From the NCBI GenBank assembly GCA_965228475.1, contig OZ245817.1, positions 4,942,158 to 5,006,157 of the forward strand: 64,000 nucleotides of DNA, in the 5' to 3' direction. Source of the DNA: Myxococcota bacterium. Its GTDB lineage: Bacteria > Myxococcota_A > UBA9160 > JAFDDA01. Under the pieces are notes generated by a model that was given only the letters and a program-made list of their open reading frames with translations, made no database searches and had not been told where the DNA came from. This document shows, in pieces, positions 1 through 8,688 of this stretch (position 1 is the stretch's first letter; each line of letters begins with the position of its first letter). Position numbers and translations under genes: made by a program.

Positions 1-2
1 GT

Positions 3-143
3 GGCATCCGCTTCAGCGGCACGAGCAACGGCATCTCGGGGAGCGGGAACACCGTCACCGGCAACGGCTCCCAGGACTGCTTCAACGGCGGGACGGTGAA
101 CGCCTCGACGCTCACGATCAACGGCGGAACGCCCTGCCCCTAG
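3..143 (+). CDS. 3' end of a truncated ORF; G/N/T/S-rich, probably the C-terminus of a beta-helix extracellular protein
   Basis: Frame from nt 3 reads GIRFSGTSNGISGSGNTVTGNGSQDCFNGGTVNASTLTINGGTPCP*, with GC3-rich codons and TAG at 141-143. Confidence 0.6.
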   Translation, partial: GIRFSGTSNGISGSGNTVTGNGSQDCFNGGTVNASTLTINGGTPCP

Positions 144-149
144 GTCCGG

Positions 150-944
150 CTAGACCTCGATGCCCTGGACGCCCGGCTGGTCGTAGCGGCCGTGCAGGAA
201 CGGCAGCAGCCAATCGCCCGGGACGCTTCGCAGCACCCGGCCGTTGCTCTTCGTCGTGCCTTCCTCGTACTCCATGCGCACGATCCGATGGACCGGCAGG
301 TCCGCCACCGGGTCGAAGGGCGAATCGCGCAGGACGACCTCCCCCTCCATCTGCGCGCTGCGCGTGTGTTCGTGCTGCCATTCGAGCTGCACGAGGATCG
401 GGTCGCCGTCGAAGTCGCGGCCCGGGTCGCAGGACGGCAGGGCCTTGAAGCAGAAGGCGTGCTCCGAGAACTTGCGCGGCCCGATGGCGTCGCCGATTCG
501 CCCGCGCACGGCGATGTACGGGATGCCCATGCGCGTGACGCGGCCGCCGATCTCCGGGCCGTCGAGATCGAACTCGATGTCCGCGATCTTCTTCGGCTCC
601 CCGTAGGTCTCGCGCCCGCCGATCACCGCGGCCTCGGAGGTCATCGGCATCGTGAGCAGATAGAGGCCTTCGCTGCCCTCATACCGGGCCGTGACGCCGA
701 AGATCGTCGAGCCGATCTCGATGGTCATCTCCGGCGAGACGTGGATCGAAACCTGCGAGAGGGTGACCTGCACCTCGGGCCGCGGGCCGGGCTCGAGCGG
801 CTGGGGGATCACGGCCTTCACCACCGCGGGCTCCGTTTCGTAGACGGTCCGGATCGAGCGCACGGTGCTGCGCAGGAACTCCGGGTCGTTGTCCTTGGCC
901 TTGGCGAGCTCCTCAGCGCCCTTCACCCAGCGAACCTGACTCAT
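150..944 (-). CDS. Acetoacetate decarboxylase family protein
   Basis: Start MSQVRWVKG overlaps the upstream stop (ATGA); GGRETYGEPKK motif carries the Schiff-base Lys; SPFDPVADLPV motif. Confidence 0.85.
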   Translation of the reverse strand: MSQVRWVKGAEELAKAKDNDPEFLRSTVRSIRTVYETEPAVVKAVIPQPLEPGPRPEVQVTLSQVSIHVSPEMTIEIGSTIFGVTARYEGSEGLYLLTMPMTSEAAVIGGRETYGEPKKIADIEFDLDGPEIGGRVTRMGIPYIAVRGRIGDAIGPRKFSEHAFCFKALPSCDPGRDFDGDPILVQLEWQHEHTRSAQMEGEVVLRDSPFDPVADLPVHRIVRMEYEEGTTKSNGRVLRSVPGDWLLPFLHGRYDQPGVQGIEV

Positions 945-2140
945 GACGTGGCTCCTTTCGAAGATCCGAACGTTCCCTTTTCCGGCCCGATGCTCGCGAC
1001 GATGGGCGCGAGCTTCTCTTCGTCGAAGCCGTAGACCCGCGCGGCGTTGCCGCCGAGCATGGCTTCGAGCTCGTCCTCGGGCAGGCCGTCGAAGGTCTCG
1101 TGCAGCTGCTCCGATGTCTCGGGCCAGGTGCCTTCGGGGTGCGGGAAGTCGCTTCCCCACATGATGTTGCCGACGCCGATTTCATGGCGGAGATCCGCCT
1201 CCCGGCGCGGCATGCAGGAGGCGCCGTAGAAGACGTTGCGCCGGAAGTACTCCGACGGCTTCATCGAGAGGTGCGAGCGGTAGTCGCCGAGCTTCGCCGC
1301 GTAGTGGGTTTCCTCGTAGCGGAAGTCGAGCAGCCGCATGAGCTCGGGCGCCCAGATGCAGGTGCCCTCGGTGATGGCGACCTTGAGGCGCGGGAAGCGC
1401 TCGAAGACGCCGGCCCAGACGAGATGGGTGAGCGGCCGCGCCGTCCACCAGGCGACCTCGGAGATGTAGATGCCGACCATGCCCGGGCCTTCGCCGAAGT
1501 CCTTCATCGGTGCGCCGCCCGAGTGGAAGTTCACGACGAGATCGTGGTCCTGGCAGGCGGCCCAGAGCGGGTCGTAGCGCGGGTCCTGGTAGGACGGGTT
1601 CGACCCCCAGTGGCACGGGAAGAGCACCGAGCGGAGCCCGTTCTCCCGCGCCCAGGCGATCTCGCGCACGGACTCCTCGACGTCCCAGAGCGCCGGCACG
1701 ATCGCCACGCCCGCGCGCCGCTCGGGCGCCATCTGACAGAACTCCGCGAGCCAGCGGTTGTGCGCCCGCGCACCGGCCCACTGGAGCTCCGGCACGACCT
1801 CGTCGACCGGGAGCGAGAGGCCCGCGCCGAAGGGCGGCATGTTCATCTCGGTGATGCCGTCCGGGAAGATCACCTCCCCGGCGATGCCCTCGGCGTCCAT
1901 CACCTTCGTGCGCTGGTCGTGGTCCCACGCGCCGGAGAGCGCTTCGTCGGCGAGGCCCGAGCGCCAGGCGTCGTTGGCTTCGTCGACGAGGAACTTCTTG
2001 GCCGCTTCCTTGGTGCGCTCGATCTGGATCGGCAGCGCGACGTCGAAGGCGTCCCGGTACTTCGGGTCGACGTACTCGCGGTAGCGGTCGGGCAGGAGGC
2101 CGGCGTGGCCGTCGGAGGAGAGGACGAGGTAGCGGTTCAT
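941..2140 (-). CDS. Amidohydrolase_2 family metal-dependent hydrolase
   Basis: MNRYLVLSSDGHAG (DxH), FHSG, VFERFPRLK, MWGSDFPHPEGTWP. Confidence 0.9.
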   Translation of the reverse strand: MNRYLVLSSDGHAGLLPDRYREYVDPKYRDAFDVALPIQIERTKEAAKKFLVDEANDAWRSGLADEALSGAWDHDQRTKVMDAEGIAGEVIFPDGITEMNMPPFGAGLSLPVDEVVPELQWAGARAHNRWLAEFCQMAPERRAGVAIVPALWDVEESVREIAWARENGLRSVLFPCHWGSNPSYQDPRYDPLWAACQDHDLVVNFHSGGAPMKDFGEGPGMVGIYISEVAWWTARPLTHLVWAGVFERFPRLKVAITEGTCIWAPELMRLLDFRYEETHYAAKLGDYRSHLSMKPSEYFRRNVFYGASCMPRREADLRHEIGVGNIMWGSDFPHPEGTWPETSEQLHETFDGLPEDELEAMLGGNAARVYGFDEEKLAPIVASIGPEKGTFGSSKGATS

Positions 2141-3099
2141 GTGACGGGCTCCGAGTAGAACTGCTTCGTCCACTGACGGAAGTGGGCGAGGTAGGTGTCG
2201 GCTTCGCAAAGCACCGGCCGGGCCCGGTGCACCTTGTTCTTCCAGATGCGCAGGTCTTCGAGGACGCCCTTCGTGAGCCCCGTCATCCACTCCTCGCCCG
2301 CGACGTCGGCCATGTTGTTCGTGACCGTGAGCGCCCAGCGCGAGATGCAGTTCTCGGCGTCGATCGGCGTGGTCGAGGTGAACATCAGGAGGCCCGCGCC
2401 GGGGATGCCCTTCGTGCGCACGCTCGAGATTCCGATCTGCCAGGTGTCGCGTTCGAGCACCGTGTGGAACGTTCCGAAGGGCGTCTTCCGCTCGCCCTCG
2501 TCGGTGATGCGGAAGAAGCGGCTGTCCTCGCCGAACTCGATCTTCGACTGCTCGGGCAGGTCCTGCATGCTGTGGACGTAGTGGAAGTGGACCGGATCGC
2601 AGTTGTTCTCGCTCATCTCCTGGAGATGGGCGGGGACCTCCATCTCGTGGAGCCGCGGCTCCGTCCACTCGGCGTCCGAGAACTCGGGCATGATCGGGAC
2701 GTCCCACTCGGGCGCCTTCCCCTCGGCGTGGTACCAGACGAAGATCATCCGGTTCGCCTCGAGCACCGGCCAGGCGCGCACGCGCGCGCGCGGCGGGATC
2801 TTCTCGCAGTAGGGGATCTCGACGCACTCGCCCGTGTCGCCATCGAAGCGCCAGGCGTGGAACGGACAGCGCAGCGTGTTGCCGTGCACTCGCCCGCCTT
2901 CGCCGAGGTGGGCGCCGAGGTGCGGGCAGTAGGCGTCGAGCACCTTCGCTTCGCCTTCGCGCGAGCGGAAGAGCACCAGGTCTTCACCGAAGACGCGCGT
3001 CGGCTTCACGTCGCCCGGCAGGAGATCCCGGCTCCACCCGACGGCGAACCAGCCGTTGGGCAGGGGCAACGCGGTGTGGTGTCGGCTCTCGGTGTTCAT
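2137..3099 (-). CDS. Rieske non-heme iron oxygenase, KshA/Neverland(DAF-36)-like
   Basis: CPHLGAHL...CPFHAW Rieske motif; ENNCDPVHFHYVH iron motif; EDLRIWKNK C-terminal Asp. Confidence 0.88.
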   Translation of the reverse strand: MNTESRHHTALPLPNGWFAVGWSRDLLPGDVKPTRVFGEDLVLFRSREGEAKVLDAYCPHLGAHLGEGGRVHGNTLRCPFHAWRFDGDTGECVEIPYCEKIPPRARVRAWPVLEANRMIFVWYHAEGKAPEWDVPIMPEFSDAEWTEPRLHEMEVPAHLQEMSENNCDPVHFHYVHSMQDLPEQSKIEFGEDSRFFRITDEGERKTPFGTFHTVLERDTWQIGISSVRTKGIPGAGLLMFTSTTPIDAENCISRWALTVTNNMADVAGEEWMTGLTKGVLEDLRIWKNKVHRARPVLCEADTYLAHFRQWTKQFYSEPVT

Positions 3100-3725
3100 G
3101 CCTGTTCTCCGTCGAGGGCGATGGCGCTGGCGAGAAAGCGGCCCGCTGCGGTGGCGCGCTCGCGCAGCGGATAGCCTTCGAAGTTCGTCCAGGAGAGCAT
3201 CAGCGCGTAGTACGCGCCGAGGAGCATCTCGACGAGGGTCTCCTCGTCGTGTTCACGGGTCACGTCGCCGGCCTCGAGTCCGTCGCGGACGATGCCGGCC
3301 AGGGAGTCGTGGAGCTTCTGCGCGACGCCCTCGGGGTGGTTCGCGTGGGTGAAGCGGATGATCTCGTGGACGAGCTCCGGGCGCAGGGCGCCGGCGTCCT
3401 CGCAGCGATCGGCGAGCCACTCGAAGAAGCAGCGGATGCGCTCGCGCGAGGTCATCGGCTGCTTGCGCAGCTCCTCGACCCCGGCGAGGTGCTCGTCCAT
3501 GGCGAAGCGCGCGATCGCTTCGAGCAGGTGCTGCTTCGAGGGGAAGTGGTTGAAGAAGGTCTTGTGGGCGACGTCCGCGCGTTCGCTGATCTCGCTGACC
3601 TTGGTGGCTTCGAAGCCCTGCTCGTCGAACAGGGCGATGGCGGCGGCGACGATGCGCCCGCGCACCTCGAGCTTGCGTCGTTCGCGGCGCGAGAGGGTCG
3701 GGTCCAGGGCGTCGAGGTCCGTCAT
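3096..3725 (-). CDS. TetR/AcrR family transcriptional regulator
   Basis: RRERRKLEVRGRIVAAAIALFDEQGFEATKVSEISERADVAHKTFFNHFPSK helix-turn-helix. Confidence 0.92.
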   Translation of the reverse strand: MTDLDALDPTLSRRERRKLEVRGRIVAAAIALFDEQGFEATKVSEISERADVAHKTFFNHFPSKQHLLEAIARFAMDEHLAGVEELRKQPMTSRERIRCFFEWLADRCEDAGALRPELVHEIIRFTHANHPEGVAQKLHDSLAGIVRDGLEAGDVTREHDEETLVEMLLGAYYALMLSWTNFEGYPLRERATAAGRFLASAIALDGEQA

Positions 3726-3746
3726 CGCCGGGATCCTGACACTGCC

Positions 3747-3778
3747 TGCACTCGATTGCAAGAGTATATTCGAGTGTA
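3747..3778. promoter_or_regulatory. Two tandem imperfect 14-bp palindromes, putative TetR operators
   Basis: TGCACTCGATTGCA (3747-3760) and TATATTCGAGTGTA (3765-3778) both resemble TRCACTCGAGTGYA; AT-rich patch just upstream of tetR. Confidence 0.55.
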
Positions 3779-3832
3779 ACTATGTCCCCGGCAGGGAAAT
3801 TTCCGCTGCAAAAACGGAACCTTGGACGATGG

Positions 3833-4909
3833 CTAGGGCGCCGTGCCGGAGGGGCCGGGGAGGCCCGAGGTGAAGCCCGGCAGGAATTTGATGAAGTCGT
3901 CGACGTTCACGAAGCCGTCGCTCGTCATGTCCGTGCCGGATCCGGAGTCGAAGCCGCTCTGGAAGTCCGGGAGGAAGACGAGGAAGTCGTCGACGTTGCA
4001 GAACCCGTCGCCGGTGAAGTCGCAGTCGCAGCAGTCGCCGTACTGGTCGCCGTCCGCGTCGTCCTGGTTCGGGTTGAACTCGTTGATGCAGTTGTCGTCG
4101 GCGTCGCTGACGCCGTCGCCGTCGGAGTCCGAGAAGGGCATCACCGAGATGGCGTCGAGGTTGGCCCCCGCCCAGGCGCCGTGCTCGGCGTCGCCGTCGT
4201 AGCTGAGCTCCCAGGTTCCGCCGACCGGGTCGTACTCGAGCACGTCCTCGTCGGCAAAGGTCACGCCGCCGACGGTCCCGCCCGTGTCGAAGGAGAGCAG
4301 CAGGTTGCCGTTGATCGAAAGGCGATCCGCTCCGTCGAGGTCGAGGGCCGTGCCGACGCCCGCCGCCGAGCCGTCGAAGAACAGGCTGAAGGCGCCGGTT
4401 CCCGCGTCGAAGCGCACGAGATCCTCGTCGTGGGCCACGACGCCGCCCGCGAGGGCGACGGTGATGTCGAAGGAGAGGAGCAGGTCGCCGTCCTCGGCGC
4501 GAGCCACGGCGTCGACGCGCGCGCCGGCGGGCACGCCGTTGGCAGCTGCGTCGAACTCGAGGGAATAGGTGGCGCCGTCCCAGCGCGCGACGTCCGCTCG
4601 CGTGGTGACGCCGGCGCCCGGCAGGTTCGTCGTGATGTCGAGGGAGAGCAGCCGGTCGGTGCCGCCGCCGTCGTGGGTGGCATCGAGATCCGCGGCGCCG
4701 GGCACGGGGCCGACGTCGAGCAGGTTCACCGTGCCGGCGAGGTCATCCTCGGCGACGTCTTCGTGCATGACGGTCTGGCCGCCGAGGTTCACCGTGATGT
4801 CCGGCGAAACGTCGAGGGCGGGAAGCGATGTGGCCGCGGTCGCCGGGGATGCCACGGAAAGCGCGAGCGCGGCGAGAGCGGAGAGGGACCAACCTTGGAG
4901 CTTCGACAT
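3833..4909 (-). CDS. Secreted repeat protein with thrombospondin type-3 Ca-binding repeat and dockerin/EF-hand-like C-terminus
   Basis: Signal peptide MSKLQGWSLSALAALALSVASPATA; repeated (D/N)LDA...LLLSFD..DEDL units; DSDGDGVSDADDNC..NPNQDDADGD..GD; paired DFTGDGFCNVDDF / DMTSDGFVNVDDF. Confidence 0.8.
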   Translation of the reverse strand: MSKLQGWSLSALAALALSVASPATAATSLPALDVSPDITVNLGGQTVMHEDVAEDDLAGTVNLLDVGPVPGAADLDATHDGGGTDRLLSLDITTNLPGAGVTTRADVARWDGATYSLEFDAAANGVPAGARVDAVARAEDGDLLLSFDITVALAGGVVAHDEDLVRFDAGTGAFSLFFDGSAAGVGTALDLDGADRLSINGNLLLSFDTGGTVGGVTFADEDVLEYDPVGGTWELSYDGDAEHGAWAGANLDAISVMPFSDSDGDGVSDADDNCINEFNPNQDDADGDQYGDCCDCDFTGDGFCNVDDFLVFLPDFQSGFDSGSGTDMTSDGFVNVDDFIKFLPGFTSGLPGPSGTAP

Positions 4910-4950
4910 CAGGGCCTCCAGCCGCCGGGTCGGCCCGGCTTCCAGGCCCC

Positions 4951-6126
4951 TCAATCTATCATGGATGGCCGAGCCGCCTCGCGGTCCGATTCCCCTGCGT
5001 CGACGAGGGTTTCGAGGAGCCCGAGGGTGCGCTCGGCCAGCTCCGGCCAGGCGTGGTGGCGCTCGAGATGGGCGCGCCCGGCCGCGCCGAGCCGCCGCGC
5101 GAGGCCACGGTCTTCGAGCAACAGGCAGAGGGCGTCGGCCCAGTCCTCGGCGCCGGCCGTGTCCGGGAGCAGCCAGGCCTCGCGTGCGTGGGTGAGGCCC
5201 GCGGCCACGCCGGCGTGCGCGAGCACGGGGCGCCCCGCCTCCAGGTAGTTCAGGAGCTTGATCGGGAAGCCGCCGGGGAGTCGGCGCGGAAGCACGGCCG
5301 CGCCGCAGGCGTGCAGCAGTGTGCGGACCTCCCGGGGGTTTGCGATCTCGAGAACCTCGAGGTGGGCGAAGTCCGCACCCTCCGCGTCGTGGGTCGCGAC
5401 GACGACGCGCGTCTCGGGGATCCGCGCCGCCGCCGCGTCGAGGGTGGCGAGGTCCTGGTAGCCGTCGACGTTTCCCGCATAGAGCACGAAGGCGCCGGGC
5501 TCGAGGCCATGCCGCTTGCATGCGCCGAGCTGCTCGTCGCTCCCGATCTCCGGGCCGGGCACCAGACCCGGAGGGATGCATTCGACCGGCCCCCGCGCGA
5601 AGGGAGCCAGGGCAGCGCTCGCGGCTTCGCACAGCGTCACGACCGCGTCGGCGCGCCCGGCCAGGAAACGCTCGAGCTTCCCGCCCGCGGAGGCGAGTGC
5701 CCGCGCCGCGGAGGCCCGCCCGTAGGTCGGCAGCTCGTGACACAGGAGCGTGTGGGCGAGATAGACCACCGGTGCATCGAGGAAGCGCCGCACGAGCAGG
5801 GCGGCCGCGGTGGCCTCGGCGTTGTGGGCGACGACGGCGTCGAAGGGTTCACGCCGCGCGCTGCGCAGGAGGTGCCTCGCGAGGGCGAGGTCCGCGATCG
5901 CCTTCTTCGGGTGCGGACGCGAGCGCAGGCCCTGCGGCGTCACCGCCGCCGAGGTCCGCACCGTCGGAAGATCCGTCTCCCCGCGCGAGGCCTCGCCCGT
6001 CGCGCCGTAACAGAAGAGCGTCACGTCCGCGCCCGTTTCTTCGAGGGCGCGCGCCTGTTCGGCGACGAAGACCTGGGAGCCCTGGTGCGAAGGGAACGGC
6101 GCCGCGAGGACCAGCGCGATGCGCAC
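4951..6126 (-). CDS. Glycosyltransferase family 4 (GT-B)
   Basis: GTG start VRIALVLAAPFPSHQGSQ; YAGNVDGYQ; GFPIKLLNYLEAGRPV. Confidence 0.85.
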   Translation of the reverse strand: MRIALVLAAPFPSHQGSQVFVAEQARALEETGADVTLFCYGATGEASRGETDLPTVRTSAAVTPQGLRSRPHPKKAIADLALARHLLRSARREPFDAVVAHNAEATAAALLVRRFLDAPVVYLAHTLLCHELPTYGRASAARALASAGGKLERFLAGRADAVVTLCEAASAALAPFARGPVECIPPGLVPGPEIGSDEQLGACKRHGLEPGAFVLYAGNVDGYQDLATLDAAAARIPETRVVVATHDAEGADFAHLEVLEIANPREVRTLLHACGAAVLPRRLPGGFPIKLLNYLEAGRPVLAHAGVAAGLTHAREAWLLPDTAGAEDWADALCLLLEDRGLARRLGAAGRAHLERHHAWPELAERTLGLLETLVDAGESDREAARPSMID

Positions 6127-6128
6127 GG

Positions 6129-6932
6129 CTAGCGGCGTCGCGACACGCGCGCCAGGCGGCGTCGCGGCGCGCGGCCGAGTTCCCGGCGGAAGCGCACCAG
6201 CTCGTGGAGCGCGCGCCAGATCACGCGGGGCCGTGCGCCGCTCTGGCGCCCGTGGCGGCGCGGGCGGTGGGAGACCGGCACCTGGTGGATGCGGAAGCCC
6301 GCGAGCTGCGCGCGCAGCAGGATCTCGGTGTTCACGAAGGCGCCGACCGAGCGCAGGTCGATCCCGTCGAGCACTTCGCGGCGGAAGAGCTTGAAGGCGC
6401 AGTCGATGTCGCGCACGCGCAGGCCGAAGACGATCCGCACGAGGCTTCCCCAGCCGAAGGCGAGGAAGCGGCGCGGCCAGGGGTCGCGCCGGGGCGCGCG
6501 GTAGCCGGCGACGACGTCGAACTCGTCGGCGTGGTCGAGGAGCTCGCGGAGCTCGGCGAGGTCGAACTGGAGGTCCGCGTCGCTGAAGAAGACGAGCCGC
6601 CCGCGCGCCGCGCCCAGGCCCGTGCGCAAGGCGGCGCCATAGCCGCGGTTCGCCGCGTGGGAGACGAGCCGGACGCGCGGGTCGCCGCCGCGGGCGCGCT
6701 CCACCGCCTCCCCGCTGCCGTCGCGCGAGCCGTCGTCGACGATCACCACCTCGAAGCTCGCCGCGAGCTGCGGCGCGAGCTCGCGGGTGTGCGCGAGCAG
6801 GGGCACGACGTTCGGGGCCTCGTCGAACATCGGATAGATGATCGAGAGCTCGGGGGCTTCGGCGGCGGGGTCCGGCGTCGCGGGCGCGGCGGCGCCGGCG
6901 ACGCCGGCCAGCGCTCGGGAGGGCTCCGTCAT
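6129..6932 (-). CDS. Glycosyltransferase family 2 (DPM1/ArnC-like)
   Basis: LSIIYPMFDE, IVDDGSRDGS, NRGYGAALRTG, FSDADLQFD, DIDCAFKLFRR. Confidence 0.9.
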   Translation of the reverse strand: MTEPSRALAGVAGAAAPATPDPAAEAPELSIIYPMFDEAPNVVPLLAHTRELAPQLAASFEVVIVDDGSRDGSGEAVERARGGDPRVRLVSHAANRGYGAALRTGLGAARGRLVFFSDADLQFDLAELRELLDHADEFDVVAGYRAPRRDPWPRRFLAFGWGSLVRIVFGLRVRDIDCAFKLFRREVLDGIDLRSVGAFVNTEILLRAQLAGFRIHQVPVSHRPRRHGRQSGARPRVIWRALHELVRFRRELGRAPRRRLARVSRRR

Positions 6933-8566
6933 TCGATGTAGCCGAGGGCGCGCAGCCGTGCGGCCACCTGCGCCTCCTCCTCTTCCGTATAGGGCGCGGC
7001 GTCGGCGCCGGGGCCCTCGTTCTCGTCCTGCCACGCGAGCCCCATCGCCCGCGCGAGGACCGGCGCGCAGCCCGCCAGGCCCGCAGGCAACGTAGCAACC
7101 GCCGCCTCGCTGCCCGCCGCAAACCAGATGCCGTCGCGGCGGTGGGTGCCGTTCATGCCGTAGCCGCGCCCGCCGGCGAGGGCTTCGCCCTCGAGGCTCG
7201 TGACGCTCCCGGCCGCCGGATCGTTCCAGGGCGTCGGGACGAGGGAGTGGGCATAGCCCCCTTCCAGGGCGAGCTCGACGACGACGTCCGGCGCGCGCCC
7301 GACGTGCGGGCCTTCGTAGACCTCCTCGCGCCGGCGCGCCCGCTCGACCACGCGTGCGCCGCCCGGGAGCTTCCAATCGAGGAGGGCGGCGACCACGTCG
7401 TCGCGCACGCGCTCGTAGTCGCCCGCGGCGACCGAGCCCTCGGCCTCGCGCCCCGCGAGGTTGATCCAGACCCCGGGCTGGGTGTTCACCTCCTCGGAGA
7501 AGGCCACGGTCTTCGCCCAGTCGTTTCCGGCGAAGCGCACCGCGCTCTCCCAGCGAGCGGCGGCGCCCCGCGCGCGCCGGAAGGTCCACTGGGCGAGGCG
7601 GGGTGGCAGGTGGCGCACCACCGCATCCCGCGCGAGGCGCGCCACGCCGTCGAAGCGCCCCGCCGCGCCCGGCGCCCGGGTGAGGAGGCCGCAATCCGCG
7701 AGGTACCGGTTCGCGTGGACGACGCGCCGGGAGGCGCCGCCCGTCCCGTGGTCCGAGACGACGAAGCACGCCGCGTCCTCGCCGAAGCGCGCGCGGATCT
7801 CGCCACAGGCCGCATCGAGGGCCACGTAGACGTCTTCGACGGCGCGCTTGCGCGCGGCGCTCGCGCCGGGGTCGTGGCGCGGCGAGTCCGGGTCGTGATC
7901 GCGCCAGTAGTGGTGCGCCACGGTGTCGCTCTCGGCGAAGACGATGCAGGCGAGGTCCGGCCGCTCTCCCATCTCGTCGAGCGCGGCAAGGGTGAAGTCC
8001 CTCTTGCGCTCGATCCGGGCGAGCAGCGTTTCCCGGGCGCGCTCGTGCCAGGCGGCCTCGTCGGCGTCGTCCCCGAGCGGGGTCTCCATCCAGGGCCCGA
8101 CCCGGGCGGCGATGCGCCGGTAGAGGGCCGGGTCGCTCGCCCGGGAGGGGTCCGTCCCGGCCGAGACCGGCGCGTCGAAGCCGGCGACGAGCAGCCCACG
8201 GAGCGGCTCCGGCGGGTGGGTCGCCGGCATCCCGAGCACGAGGACCCGGCCGCCGGCCCGGCAGACCCGGGTGAAGAGGCTCGCCCCGTCCCGGTCCGCG
8301 GCGTTCACGAAGCGGACCCGGTAGGCGCCCGGGACCTTCTGGGTGAAGTCGAAGATCCCGTGCCGGCCCGGGCTCCGGCCCGTCATGAAGCTCGACCAGG
8401 CCGGGAAGGTCATGGGCGGGACGGTGCTCGGGAGGGGGGCTGCGGCCCCAGCCCGGCGCCAGGCGGCCAGGTTCGGCAGCCGCCCCGCCGCGATCAGCGG
8501 GTCGATCACGTCGAAGGTGGCCCCGTCCAGGGCAAGCACCAGGGCGGGGGCGAGGCGGCTCGACAC
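6929..8566 (-). CDS. Alkaline phosphatase superfamily / type I phosphodiesterase-like protein
   Basis: LALDGAT, STVPPMTFPAWSSFMTG (Thr nucleophile), SDHG, NGTH, C-terminal RLRALGY. Confidence 0.88.
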   Translation of the reverse strand: MSSRLAPALVLALDGATFDVIDPLIAAGRLPNLAAWRRAGAAAPLPSTVPPMTFPAWSSFMTGRSPGRHGIFDFTQKVPGAYRVRFVNAADRDGASLFTRVCRAGGRVLVLGMPATHPPEPLRGLLVAGFDAPVSAGTDPSRASDPALYRRIAARVGPWMETPLGDDADEAAWHERARETLLARIERKRDFTLAALDEMGERPDLACIVFAESDTVAHHYWRDHDPDSPRHDPGASAARKRAVEDVYVALDAACGEIRARFGEDAACFVVSDHGTGGASRRVVHANRYLADCGLLTRAPGAAGRFDGVARLARDAVVRHLPPRLAQWTFRRARGAAARWESAVRFAGNDWAKTVAFSEEVNTQPGVWINLAGREAEGSVAAGDYERVRDDVVAALLDWKLPGGARVVERARRREEVYEGPHVGRAPDVVVELALEGGYAHSLVPTPWNDPAAGSVTSLEGEALAGGRGYGMNGTHRRDGIWFAAGSEAAVATLPAGLAGCAPVLARAMGLAWQDENEGPGADAAPYTEEEEAQVAARLRALGYIE

Positions 8567-8688
8567 GGAAGGGGCTTCCTCCTATATTCCGCGGCCTTCC
8601 GGAGCTTCGAGGCATCTGCATGCGCCTCGCCGCTTCCCTTTACCGAGAGCTCGCAGCGAGCTCCTACCGCCGAATTCCGGAGCACAGC

